A stretch of 64,000 bases of DNA from Lingula anatina (lineage: Eukaryota > Animalia > Brachiopoda), in the NCBI GenBank assembly GCA_051362555.1, contig CM120648.1:9482587-9546586 (forward strand), given 5' to 3'. Below the pieces are notes generated by a model. The model was not told the origin of the DNA, ran no database searches, and saw nothing but the letters and a program-made list of their open reading frames with translations. The translations under genes were made by a program, and so were the position numbers. Each line of letters begins with the position of its first letter. Within the stretch, counting starts at the first letter, position 1. Below are positions 11,923 through 22,949 of the stretch, piece by piece.

Positions 11923-14707
11923 TTTTGGGGGGGGGGGGGTTGAATACAGAAGATTTCAGATTTTGTCCCCCTTTCAGAACTGTAAATGTGGGTCTATAAT
12001 TTATTTATTTATTTTTCTGTAAAAGATTTCCTTTTTTATGATAGCACAGTGGCAAAAGTTATTTGCTTTGCAAAATGAAACCTGAAATCTTTTTAAAGGC
12101 CCTTTATCACCCCTTCCTGTATAATAATATGTGTATTTTTTCTGCATTGCAGGTATAGTGAAAAGAAAAACGTTGGTGTTAGATTTAGACGAGACGTTAA
12201 TCCACTCCCACCATGATGGCGTACTGCGACAAACCGTTAAGCCTGGAACACCGCCAGATTTTGTACTAAAAGTATGTGAATCAGATTTAGATTTAAAAAA
12301 GTATTAATTATTTTACGCTTGTTAAATCCCATTTTTGTGCCTGCTGGAGTTTTAGCACACAATTATATAACATTTGCATCATTCAATATCGTGACAAGAA
12401 GTATGTGAAGCAGTTAACCTTTTGACAAGTCATCTGAGATAAACATTCTCAGTTATTTTTAAGCTCAGAATAAGTAGTGCACCATTTTAACTCACTGGAG
12501 AAAAAGTTTAATTAAAATGTGTTTGGTTTTGATTTGTGATTAAATTTCAGGTACTGTAATATTTGTAAGCAGCACTGATTTGGCATGGCATTGATTTAAG
12601 AAATAAATGATCATAATTATTAATTCAAGTCATGTTGAAAATTGATATATCTACAGTTGAAGTTGCTTTTTTATTTTTGAAGTTTGAATACAGTTTCTTA
12701 TGCTGAAAACTAACTCCAAGTGTTGACATTGTATTTTTATCATTGCAGGTAACTATAGACAGGCATCCAGTTAGATTTTTTGTACATAAAAGACCACATG
12801 TAGATTTCTTTTTAGATATAGTAAGTAACCATCTACCTTCTATCCGACCCTCTTATTAATCGATGGCAAGCAATATTTCTATGTGTTTAAGATATGCTAC
12901 ATGTTAATACTCATAAGCTTCAAATATGTCAAAATGATGTCAACACCATTTACATATTCTGTCTTAGCGTAATTTTGAATGTTTGTTTATCTGTGTCATC
13001 CATTATCAAGAAGTGTAAAATCATATCTTCACTAAATAAAAAAAATGTTAGTGCACAAAAAATATAATTGTGCTGGTGGTACATTCCCCAGAAGGCGGTT
13101 TTCAACTCTCTGACCCCTGTTATTTCCCTATATTTCAGGTCAGCCAGTGGTATGACCTGGTAGTCTTCACTGCAAGTATGGAGATATACGGGGCTGCAGT
13201 AGCAGATAAACTGGATCAGGGGAGAGGGTTTTTAAAAAGAAGATACTATAGGCAGGTGAGTAGACGGGGGTAATATGGGGTAAGGGGGTTCAAAAGACAT
13301 TTCTTTAGGCAGGTGAGTGGAAAGGGGTGTGATTTGGGGTAAGGGGGGGGGTTTAAAAAGAAGATACTATAGGCAGGTGAGTGGAAAAAGATGTTATATG
13401 GGGGAATGGGTATTAAAAAGATGCTGCAGGCAGATAAGGGAACTGGTGAAATATGGGGAAAGGGAGGGATTTTTTTAAAAAGAAGGTACTATAGACAGGT
13501 GAGTGGACAAAAGTATAAGATATGGATAGGGGTGTAATATGAGAAGATGGGTGGAGGTGTTAAAAAGAAATTGCTTTCTGCAGAGCAGTTGTCAGGTGTA
13601 CCTTATCAACATGGTGGGTAGAAAGGAAGATACATTGAAAAGTGTCATGTCATGAATTTGAAAACTTGACTGAGAACTGGACAGGGTCGTTGCAGCTGTA
13701 AGAAGGATCTGCAAATTGAAAGATCTTTAGAAGTAAAACTGAGGGGTGTGTTTCCTTGTTGGGATTAATCACTTACAGCTGGGCATTTTGGTTAAGGTTA
13801 ATACTAGTTATGACCGAACAGCATGAAGTAATGATGTTCTCCAAAACAGTGTTTTGCCAGATATAGTACATTATGTAAGTAGCAAAGCATAATAACTGTT
13901 GAAAATGTTGGATTATAATAATGACAAGGTATTTGAAATTTTTATAATAATAATGACAGTTTTAGATACCACTCAAAGTGCCTGAGTCTTTAATAAGCAT
14001 AACTATGTGCTTAAATTCAGTGTGTTTGAGACATCTGCTTTCAATTATTTATTATAATTTTTTTTTTCAATTCCAGCATTGTAATTTAGACTATGGTAGC
14101 TACACGAAAGACCTATCAGCAATAAGTAATGATTTGTCAAGTGTGTTTATACTGGACAATTCTCCTGGAGCATACAGAGCATATCCAGGTGAGAAACTAG
14201 GTCATCGTGACCCAGCTTGATGAAAAATAGGTCAGGTTGACCTGATTTTTTTTTACAAGTGGGGAAAATGACTTTGACCCTGCTTATACTTCAAGTCTCC
14301 CATGCATGAAGTATACAGAACTTTTAAAAAACTTTTCTCTCTTGTCATTTTAGATTTAAAATGAATATTTCATTATTCTTCCAACACCCCTTTATTTTGC
14401 CCTTTTAAGTCAAATAATAACATTCCCTGAAATGGCTTGGAAATAATGTTTACATGTTGTTTGTAATCTTATTAATTTATATGAACTCCACATGTCATGT
14501 ATTAAGTTTTGCTGAACTGTTGTGTAATTACATATCTTTGTATATCGTAATTTTCTTGCAGACAATGCAATACCCATCAAGTCATGGTTTTCTGACCCGA
14601 CAGACACAGCACTTCTCAACTTGCTCCCTGTGCTCGATGCTCTCAGGTTTGTCAGTGATGCGCGATCAGTGTTGAGCCGGAACTTACATCTACACAGGCT
14701 CTGGTAG
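8803..14707 (+). CDS. CTDNEP1: CTD nuclear envelope phosphatase 1 (Dullard/Nem1 family HAD phosphatase), 243 aa, 7 coding exons
   Basis: join(8803-8901,11761-11827,12153-12271,12749-12820,13139-13255,14077-14188,14562-14707)=732 nt, all GT-AG and phase-consistent. N-terminal hydrophobic anchor, catalytic DLDET ([16 protein letters not shown]), [30 protein letters not shown]-terminus [14 protein letters not shown]. Confidence 0.97.
9971..10082. mobile_element. Degenerate MITE family A copy
   Basis: G-run followed by TTTTCTGAAAAGTGGACC..GAGTGGACC as in 3266-3437; termini decayed. Confidence 0.55.
11359..11444. repeat. (TG)n(TA)n microsatellite
   Basis: Direct reading. Confidence 0.95.
13220..13570 (+). 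repeat. ~60-bp degenerate tandem repeat spanning CTDNEP1 exon 5 end and donor
   Basis: About 5-6 units of GGG..TTTAAAAAGAAGATACTATAGGCAG|GTGAGTGG..ATATGGGG; the first unit is the real exon end. Confidence 0.85.
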
Positions 14708-17542
14708 CACCCAATGTACCGAGGTGGTACAAATATTATATATAAAATAAAAAAGCATAAAAATTCCTGGCTTGCTCTGCATCAGCAACAGCGGGACTGT
14801 ACTTGGAAACAGCGTGTGGTTTCATAATTGCGGAGCAGCTGGGTTTTTCAGAATGAGGCTGCATTGCCTGGAGCAGAATGTACGATATTGAATTCAACTG
14901 AAGAATAAGTAAGCATGCAATGCAGCACAACCCTGGGTGGAACTGACACCGATGGAGGGTTTGATATAAATAATAGTCAATATGGCTTGCCACGTAGAAA
15001 AAAATGGATTTGAAAAAAAAAAAATCCTTTTGCTTCATCCTTATATTTATGGTGAGATGCTACATTGGCTACTTTATTGCACTATTTTGAATATAAAAAG
15101 ATGAATGTAGCAAGAAATATTAGTTACAGGTCATTCCATAATATTTTTTCTCTTGATTAAATCTCCTCCCCCCCTCTTACAAAATCTATTCTTCCATTTG
15201 AGGCTTAAGAAATAAAAAAAAAACAATCAAAAACCTATCAGAAGCAGTTAAGTTTTGTCTTTATTTTTTATTTATTTATTTTGAACAGATTGGCTAAATC
15301 TGTCAAAAAGGCCAGCAGTTACATTGGGGGTTAGAGGACAGGGCGCAATGGAATGACCCTCAGTTGATTGCTTTTAACAAGCAGCCTTCAAAACCCATGG
15401 CAAGGTGTAATATAGTATTAACTAGTAGTGGACATGGCTAACTGCAGAACAGGTAAAGATGTAGCAAGTTCCTACCAGTAGAATTGTAAAATAGGTATAA
15501 ATATATAAATATAAATGTAGACAAGTATTTAATAGTGAAACAAAGATTCTGAACACATGGTACAGGAGGAGGATGTCGCTGGGCTATTTGCACTTTTTTT
15601 TCTGTCACTTAAATGCTCTGCACGTTCAAGTGTCAAAGAAAGAATTTGTCAATTTGATTAAGTAAATATGTTGCATTTGGTCATTCTTTAAAGTGGACAC
15701 GGGTTCATATGTTTGAAAAAATTACGTTTTGCTTTGAAGGTAAATTATTCCCAATTATTTCATAAATCTAAAGTGAAATTATTACTTTTTTCTACAGGGA
15801 ATTATGACGGGCACTGCATTTTTCTCTTTGCCAAAATTACATTTCTGGCAAGTTTAATTGTTGAGCCTCATTAATGCGTCATTGTTTGTGAAAGAATCAA
15901 AAATTCATGGTACTGGACACTTCATTCCCCATGCCACCTTTCTCTCACCGTTTCCATAGTAAGAAGTGAATATTTAAGCAGTTTTGATTGGCCGTCTGGT
16001 GCTTGCCAAATTGACCAATCCGGTTGATGTAAAACATGCTGCTGCCCTTTTGGGGGAAAATTTCCCTTTTTGTTCAGTATCTGATAGTTATATATCACAT
16101 TAAGAATGCCATTGGTCATATATGATGATAATAGTTTAGTTTGAGATAGATATGGTGTTTTTTTAGATGATAAAGTAGAATATCAGTAAAACTGAATTAC
16201 AAGACAAGTTTCTGTTTTTAATTTGGGCCGTCTTTGAGCCCACATTGTCCAGAGATTGCAGCATTAATTTTTGTACTTAGATAAAATATGGTAAATATCA
16301 AATTTATTTTTAGACGAAAGTAGTAAAAGCTATTTTGGTTAATTACTTATTAATAGTAAAAGTGGATAGGAAAGTGTATTGTCAGTTAAGATTTTTCACA
16401 TTTTTTTGACAATATCTGACTACAGATGTAGTTTTAGTCCAATGTTATTGATATTTATACTTTCTGGCTGCTGTGTACATGACATTCAAATATGTTTTGA
16501 AGTGGCAGTAAAAAAATTTTTTGTGAAAAATAAATTAAATGCTGAACCACAACAACACATTGCCATAGATTACCCATTTGAAAATTTTATGACACATTAA
16601 AAAAACAGATTCCAAACAATTATACACACATTTTCAATTATTTTGTGCAATCTTAATTCTCACAAAACAAGTGCTAATATTTCAGCCTAAGTTTTGAACT
16701 TCTCAACTTAATGAAATATAAAAAAAGACCATAGGAATGAGAAATAAAGTTGTCAATAGTAGAATTGACATATGGGCAAATGATGGCAATACAAAGTGGA
16801 AAAGTGTGTTAACTTTTTTTTTTGGATTGGGGGGGGGGGGGGGGGGAGGGGGTGACGTCACATGAACTTTTGTGATTATTATAATAATTGTAAAAACCAG
16901 TGAGGGACAGTTAATGACATAGCATGTCTAAAACATTGGAGAGTTATAACTTGTTTTTGTGTGCTACAGGGCAACTGTGTCTGCAGTGCTTGCAAATTGT
17001 TGCCAAAATTTTATCCTTGTTTTCTGTTTCAAGTATCTAACTTCATAAGAAAATCAGGACATTTTGAGGTGCATTGATAATAAGTAGGTGGATAACAGTT
17101 AGTGTATTTATTCATTAGCGATACAAATACCTTGCTGTCAAACTAAACACTGTAGGTTTTACATGTTCTCCACTTAGTCCTGTGTGGAGATTTCTTAGTA
17201 CATTACAGGAAGCTGGTTTGTAACAACAAGAACGTTGCCACTGTCCACATGTGACAAATATTACAGTTACACTTTAAATGCCATCAGATCAGTTTCATAA
17301 GTATAAACAAGATGGCCACCATATTCAAGATGGCCACCTGGACATGTGCTATATAACCTGCCTGTAAATTTCAAATAAGTAATTTAGTGATACATACAAA
17401 TATATGATTTGTGTCCAAGTTGTGACATAATAACTGCTCTGCCCAGCAGACCAGTAGAATACTAGGTTGTTTTATGTGAGGAGCAGAAATGTAGCATAAT
17501 TTATAACTGCTTCATTGTGAAATTATGTACAGAAATGAACTG

Positions 17543-17592
17543 AATAAATACATTTATATGAGAAAGATGAGTCGGTTTTAGTTTGTTCTTTG
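17543..17592 (+). terminator. Candidate CTDNEP1 polyadenylation signal
   Basis: AATAAA at 17543-17548 with upstream TGTA and downstream GT/T-rich tract (GGTTTTAGTTTGTTCTTT). Other AATAAA sites lie further 5'. Confidence 0.45.
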
Positions 17593-17814
17593 AAAAAAAA
17601 TATTTAAAACGATGTATATGAAATGAGTGAATTCAGTTTGTAATTGTTACCAGCAGTAGCAATATGTTTACCATGAATATTACACATCTATCTTCATATA
17701 AATAAATACAAGAAAACATTTTGCACCAAAAATTCTGAACCCTGCAGATTAAATTTACACTCAAATATCCACATTAATCAATTCCAAAGAGTTCTCAAAA
17801 TCCCAGTTCTCCTT

Positions 17815-19821
17815 CTAAAACAGGTTCCCTGCAGTAACACTGTCTTCATTACTCACAAGATCTCCACAAGAGGTCTCCCCGGTAGCCAGCATCTTCAAGA
17901 AAGGACAAAAAAGTATGTGCCTCCTCAGGCTTGATCTCCACCGAAACTCTTTGCCACACTGACAGATGTACCTACGGCTCCCATGCATACCTTGTTTGTG
18001 TTCATTCAAGGTTTTCTGTCTTTTGAATTCTTGGCCGCAAAGATTACACGTGAAACTTGCCGTCTCTGATTGGTTACACTCTCCACTGCTCTGGTGCTGC
18101 AATAACGCTGCTTTCTGCTCGAATTTTTTGTTGCAAAATTCACAGTGTAGAGGTGCCTCCACATTACCTGTTGTCTCATGACACCTCATGTGTACCTTCA
18201 ATGCTGCTAGTGACGCAAATGCTTTGGCACAGGTGTCACATACACACTTCATCACCTCCTGCTCCTGTCCACCATGACACTTGCTTTGGGTATTTATTTC
18301 ACGCAATGTTAGCTTTTCTGATTCCTCTCCCACGTCACGACTGTTTCCATACCCCTTATGCACCACGATTATGTGCTTTTGCAAAGTTGCCTTCTTCCTG
18401 AACTGTTTCCCACACAAAACACAATGGTGTTTCTTGGCAATTTTTCCATCTTTTGATGGAGGGGATTTTACTGACCTTGACCTTTGACCTTTAATGGACT
18501 TCTGATCTGAAGATTTAGGAGTTTTTGAAATGTCTGCCCACATGTTGCCATCATCTTTTTTATCATGGAATGAAACTGGTGTATTGTCTCGAGGACTCTC
18601 TAAAATTAGACAGATATACTTAGAAAATTTCATGTCAAGTTCAACCTGGACAGGTATCTACTTCAGTGCTCCCTTTCACAAGTTTTCGCCCAATTGCTTT
18701 TTTTTAAAAATCCAGTTTACTAGTTGAGTCAGGTGCAGAAGCTTTGCTGAGATGAGTCTCGTGTGCATTACACAGACAAAATTATCAATCTCTTATACCA
18801 ATCTCTCAAAAAGAGGTATATAGAGAGCAACAATCCCACCCACTGTGATAGGGTCCTAACAAAATCAAACATACCAAAGTCTTCCTCTGTGGTGTCAGTA
18901 TGAGCAACATGGTTCAAGGCATCTCTAAAAACTTTCTGCAGCTGGTCTGTGCTAAACACAAGATGTCCTTGCGAAAACGAAAGACTGGACAAAACTCCGG
19001 AAGGAGAGGATGCTGGGGCCTCTGAATCTGAAAGCAGAATATTATAATCCTAGACAAAAGATAAGTTAAAGAAATGGAGAATGTGTGTGTGTGTGTGTGT
19101 GTGCATAAGTGTGGTGGGGTCCTTATTTCTTATGACCTTCAATGTAATTCAAGTTTTAATACATAATACCTAAAATAGATGAAATTTAAATAATGGGAGG
19201 GAATTTCCAAGCTCCGAAGAAATTCAAATTGAATTTATGTAACAAAATAATCGACATATTTTATGTTTTTAAAATGTTAATAAATTTTGTCGTAATTGTG
19301 CCATAAACTTATCAGCTTACTGGCCATTCTGACCACCACTTAACCAAAAAATTTCAATAAGACTGGACATTTTCCTCTGTTGCATCAATGTCAGTAATAA
19401 CAAGACACTGGGTCTGTCAAACTTCATAAAAAAATTTAAGAATCATCATGTAAAAGTAACATTTCAGAAAAAATTACTATAAGTAGAAAGCCCTGCTAAA
19501 AACTTACAGAAAAAATCTGTTATCCTTGTCGGACTACAACATTCACACATTCTGAAAAATCTACCAGTCCAAACAAAGTTTTACTGGCCATGGGTACAGG
19601 ACCAGGGTATAACGCCACACACTGCACACCTTACCTTCAATATCCTCCTTATGAATATCCTCATCTAGAGTAGCCACTATCAATTCCTTATCTCTGTGAA
19701 TATTGAGGACACCCTTGATCTGTAGCCTGGAGCTGAACACCAAGTTCTCCTTGCACCATTTTATAACAGTCTTGGTCAAAAGCTCAGTGATCATTGGCAA
19801 CCTGTCTACTTGACTGGACAT
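17815..19821 (-). CDS. C2H2 zinc-finger protein (5 fingers) with N-terminal ~60-aa globular domain, 374 aa, 3 coding exons
   Basis: complement(join(17815-18599,18875-19027,19635-19821))=1125 nt, GT-AG, both introns phase 1. Fingers CVLC..HIIVVH, CDTC..HMRCH, CEFC..HQSSGEC, CNLC..HKQGMH, CQC..HILFC. An acceptor (TTTCAG) 1 nt before the ATG implies an upstream exon. Confidence 0.85.
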
Positions 19822-19890
19822 ACTGAAATAGTTGAATTCTTTTAATGGAGTTTAAATTTTATTGCAGTAGATCTATTAACTAAATGGTAC

Positions 19891-19994
19891 TAGTAATAAT
19901 TAAGTTATAGCCTCAGTCGGTGTAAGGCTTTGTGTGTTAAATATAGTAATTAAGTTATAGCCTCAGTCAGTGTAAGGCTTTGTGTGTTAAATAC
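19891..19994. repeat. ~50-bp tandem duplication
   Basis: TAATTAAGTTATAGCCTCAGTC(G/A)GTGTAAGGCTTTGTGTGTTAAATA occurs twice in tandem. Confidence 0.9.
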
Positions 19995-20039
19995 AGTGTA
20001 TGTAGCAGAGCTAGTAAAACCTTACACTGATGCATGTTT

Positions 20040-20074
<35 letters not shown>

Positions 20075-20824
20075 GCACAAGCACTGTGTTAAAGGGCCCT
20101 TTGCATCTACGTAAATAACAGGGGCAAGTACTATGTAAACAAAACTACAGCCAGGTACCCAGTACTGTACATTCATACATGTACTTTGCCCCTAGCATTA
20201 GTAATTTACTATTTTAAGTATGCTACAAATTTATCACAAATTCATATCCCTATAACTTAAATAGCTACTATCTTATGCTATTAATAACGAAGCAGTATAG
20301 CACGGTAATTTAGCTCAAGTATTACTTGCAAGTCCAGTTGTATCACATCGAGTTTGGAGTTCTGCTGAAATTGACAGGTGTACTAACTGGCAATCGATAC
20401 AACATAATTACTATACGCAACAGGACAAGACAGCATCACACGAAATGAAAAGATCAACTGTATATTTGTTGATTTTTTTCATCTTTATCTCGATTAAAAC
20501 GTGTGTAAATGTGAAGTTTGAAATAATCGATTTTTAAATAGAAGGCCGGGTCACCAAAAGAGTCAAAAAGATACTAATTTAAAATGTTCATTACTTTTCA
20601 ATCTGAACACTTTTTCACAATAAAGAAAAAAATTTTGATACAAGACAATAGACATACGAGAAATTTGTTTTAGTAATCCTTAGTACATTAATACGATATG
20701 TGCCCTCTGCACCATGCCCAAATTCAACTTCATCATATTCAATTATATATTTGAAAATAATTTAAAATGCTAATTAAAAAAAAAAAAAAAAAAAAACATT
20801 TTCATTAATGAATTAATTACTAGT

Positions 20825-20880
20825 ACACAAACAACACACAACAACAATATAAACTTGTTTGTATAATGCTACATTTTATT
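20825..20880 (-). terminator. Candidate distal polyadenylation signal of castor/CASZ1
   Basis: Minus-strand AATAAA (TTTATT 20875-20880) followed ~30 nt downstream by strong GT-rich element TTGTTGTTGTGTGTTGTTTGTGT. Confidence 0.55.
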
Positions 20881-21053
20881 TGCATATTATAATACAGTAC
20901 TTTCACCCAAGCTTTGCATAAACTTCTGTTTCATAATACTGATAGATTTGTTTGGTCTTGAGAAATGTTTCATGTTAAAAATTAAAGAATTATTCCATAC
21001 GACTTTCATGGTGAATCTATTACACTTTATGTCTAATGCTGTATTTTAAATTG

Positions 21054-21100
<47 letters not shown>

Positions 21101-21215
21101 GCAAATTCTTCAATACAGAACATACACTTATACAAATCACAATTAGATTTAACACTGATACTTCTATAGGTAAAAGAGAAAAAAATGTCACAGCAAATCC
21201 ACAGAGATCAAAAAG

Positions 21216-21257
<42 letters not shown>

Positions 21258-21372
21258 TCATTAAAAGCAGTTTTCTTACATGCATAAATGATACAGAATC
21301 TATTGCATAAACCAACAGGCCTATCTTTTAAATCATATACATAACAATATCCTGCATCCTTCTAATGTCTTA

Positions 21373-21586
21373 GGGTCTATTCCCACAACTTTAGATCGAT
21401 CTATCACCGCGGGGAGTCTCACCAGACTACCTTCAGATAATCCCCCTTTAGTGTCCGTCCCCGCCCACTACAAGCCGTAAGGGGCAATTAACTTTCGTGT
21501 CCGCCCGGCTGACAGCTATTCAGCGCGAACCCCCAGGGAGTTAGTTCGATCCAAAGTAGGTCGATCTAATCTATGGAAATGGGGTG
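21373..21586. mobile_element. MITE family B (PIF/Harbinger-like)
   Basis: Copy of 7011-7225; TSD TTA at 21370-21372 and 21587-21589. Confidence 0.9.
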
Positions 21587-22114
21587 TTAGGTCCCGAATT
21601 ATGTATCTAACTATTATCCAGAAGGAACATTCGTGACAAAAAGTACCCACAAACTTAGGCAACCAACAGTATTTATAGATTCATGCATATTCTTCGATCA
21701 TCTATGAGCCCTATTATATAGTGAGAGCCTTACTACATGGACACAATTTCAATAAATTACAATATGGTAAGAAACACAGTGAACCAAACTTTTTGTATAC
21801 AGATGAATCCTTCACTAAAACAATAAAATGTGAAATTTCTATAAGCCTAATTGTGCCAAGTGCCTTAAAACAAGTGCAAAAATGATGCAATTTATATAAA
21901 TACCTATTGACCACTACTAAGTGAAATAGTATAGTACAGAATCTTGTTGTATCTTACATTAATATTCTACTCGTACATGCAGCCATGAAATATGCCATTC
22001 CTCAACAACAGCAAAATACCACCACCAAAACATGGCAGTCTGTGGAATGCTTCAACAATCAGAATGTCGTGATTTGCAAGAGGTGGGAGAATACATGTTT
22101 TGCATAAGGTAGGA

Positions 22115-22349
22115 CACCATGTTGCATGAGGCGGAGTTGAGTGGCATGAGGCAGGACACTGTGTTGCATGAGGCGGGACATTGTGTTGCATGAGGCGGGA
22201 CATTGTGTGGCATGAAGTGGGAGATTGTGTTGCATGAGGCGGGACATTGTGTGGCATGAAGTGGGACATTGTGTTGCATGAGGCGGGACATTGTGTTGCA
22301 TGAGGCAGGGACATTGTGTGTTGCATGAGGCAGACATTATGTGTTGCAT
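22115..22349. repeat. ~22-bp minisatellite, about 10 copies
   Basis: Unit TGTGTTGCATGAGGCGGGACAT with variants; generates the spurious repetitive ORFs at 21967-22368. Confidence 0.92.
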
Positions 22350-22876
22350 TACACAGGAGCATCCCCAAAAGAAAAATATGCCAAGAGAATACAGCTTTAT
22401 GTCACTTCACTCTTTAGAAAACAGGTTCTGAACAATTAAAAACAATGCAAACAAATGTACACACTTGCATTCTCATTTACTGATACTGATGAACTATACC
22501 TACATAAGGTAGAGAATAATTTCTTAAACTTTTGTTGGGATTTAGGAATAAATATTAATCATAAACTTAAACGATGTACAATGTAAATATGAAATTGCAT
22601 CCTTTCAAACACTGGTTCAACATCCAATCATTATCATTGTAAATACATTCTCCTCCAACATTATTCTTAATTCACTATGCTATATTAAATCAGGCAACTA
22701 AATATGTAAAAAAAATGCATTTCAAGGTATTTTGACTTGGAGCGATATAGTAGTAGCTTTCAGCAATTCAACTGTACCAGAATGTTTTGAGAGACTGACA
22801 ACTCAAAAGCCTGACTATAACATCAAGTTAATGGAATCAGTTTAATGGAGCCCAGCAGCCAATCAACAAATGCTCT

Positions 22877-22949
22877 TGTCGAGAGCCTGAGAAATAAAAC
22901 TTTATTGAGCACTACGATATTAACAGATAAATTTAACAGGCTCTCGACA
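22877..22949. repeat. Short inverted repeat/hairpin (possible MITE relic)
   Basis: TGTCGAGAGCCTG..CAGGCTCTCGACA, 13-bp perfect stem around an AT-rich loop. Confidence 0.7.

Noticed and set aside
17305-17342. Tandem CAAGATGGCCACC (YY1-like) as a promoter
   Set aside because: Lies in probable 3' UTR with no CpG context; likely a short duplication or repeat relic.
21967-22368. Regular repeat array and repetitive Cys/His-rich ORFs (CRISPR-like or metal-binding peptide)
   Set aside because: Head-to-tail units with no unique spacers and no cas genes; the ORFs are open in all three frames only because of the repeat.
22877-22949. Pre-miRNA hairpin
   Set aside because: Stem too short and loop too large for a canonical pre-miRNA; more likely a TIR relic.
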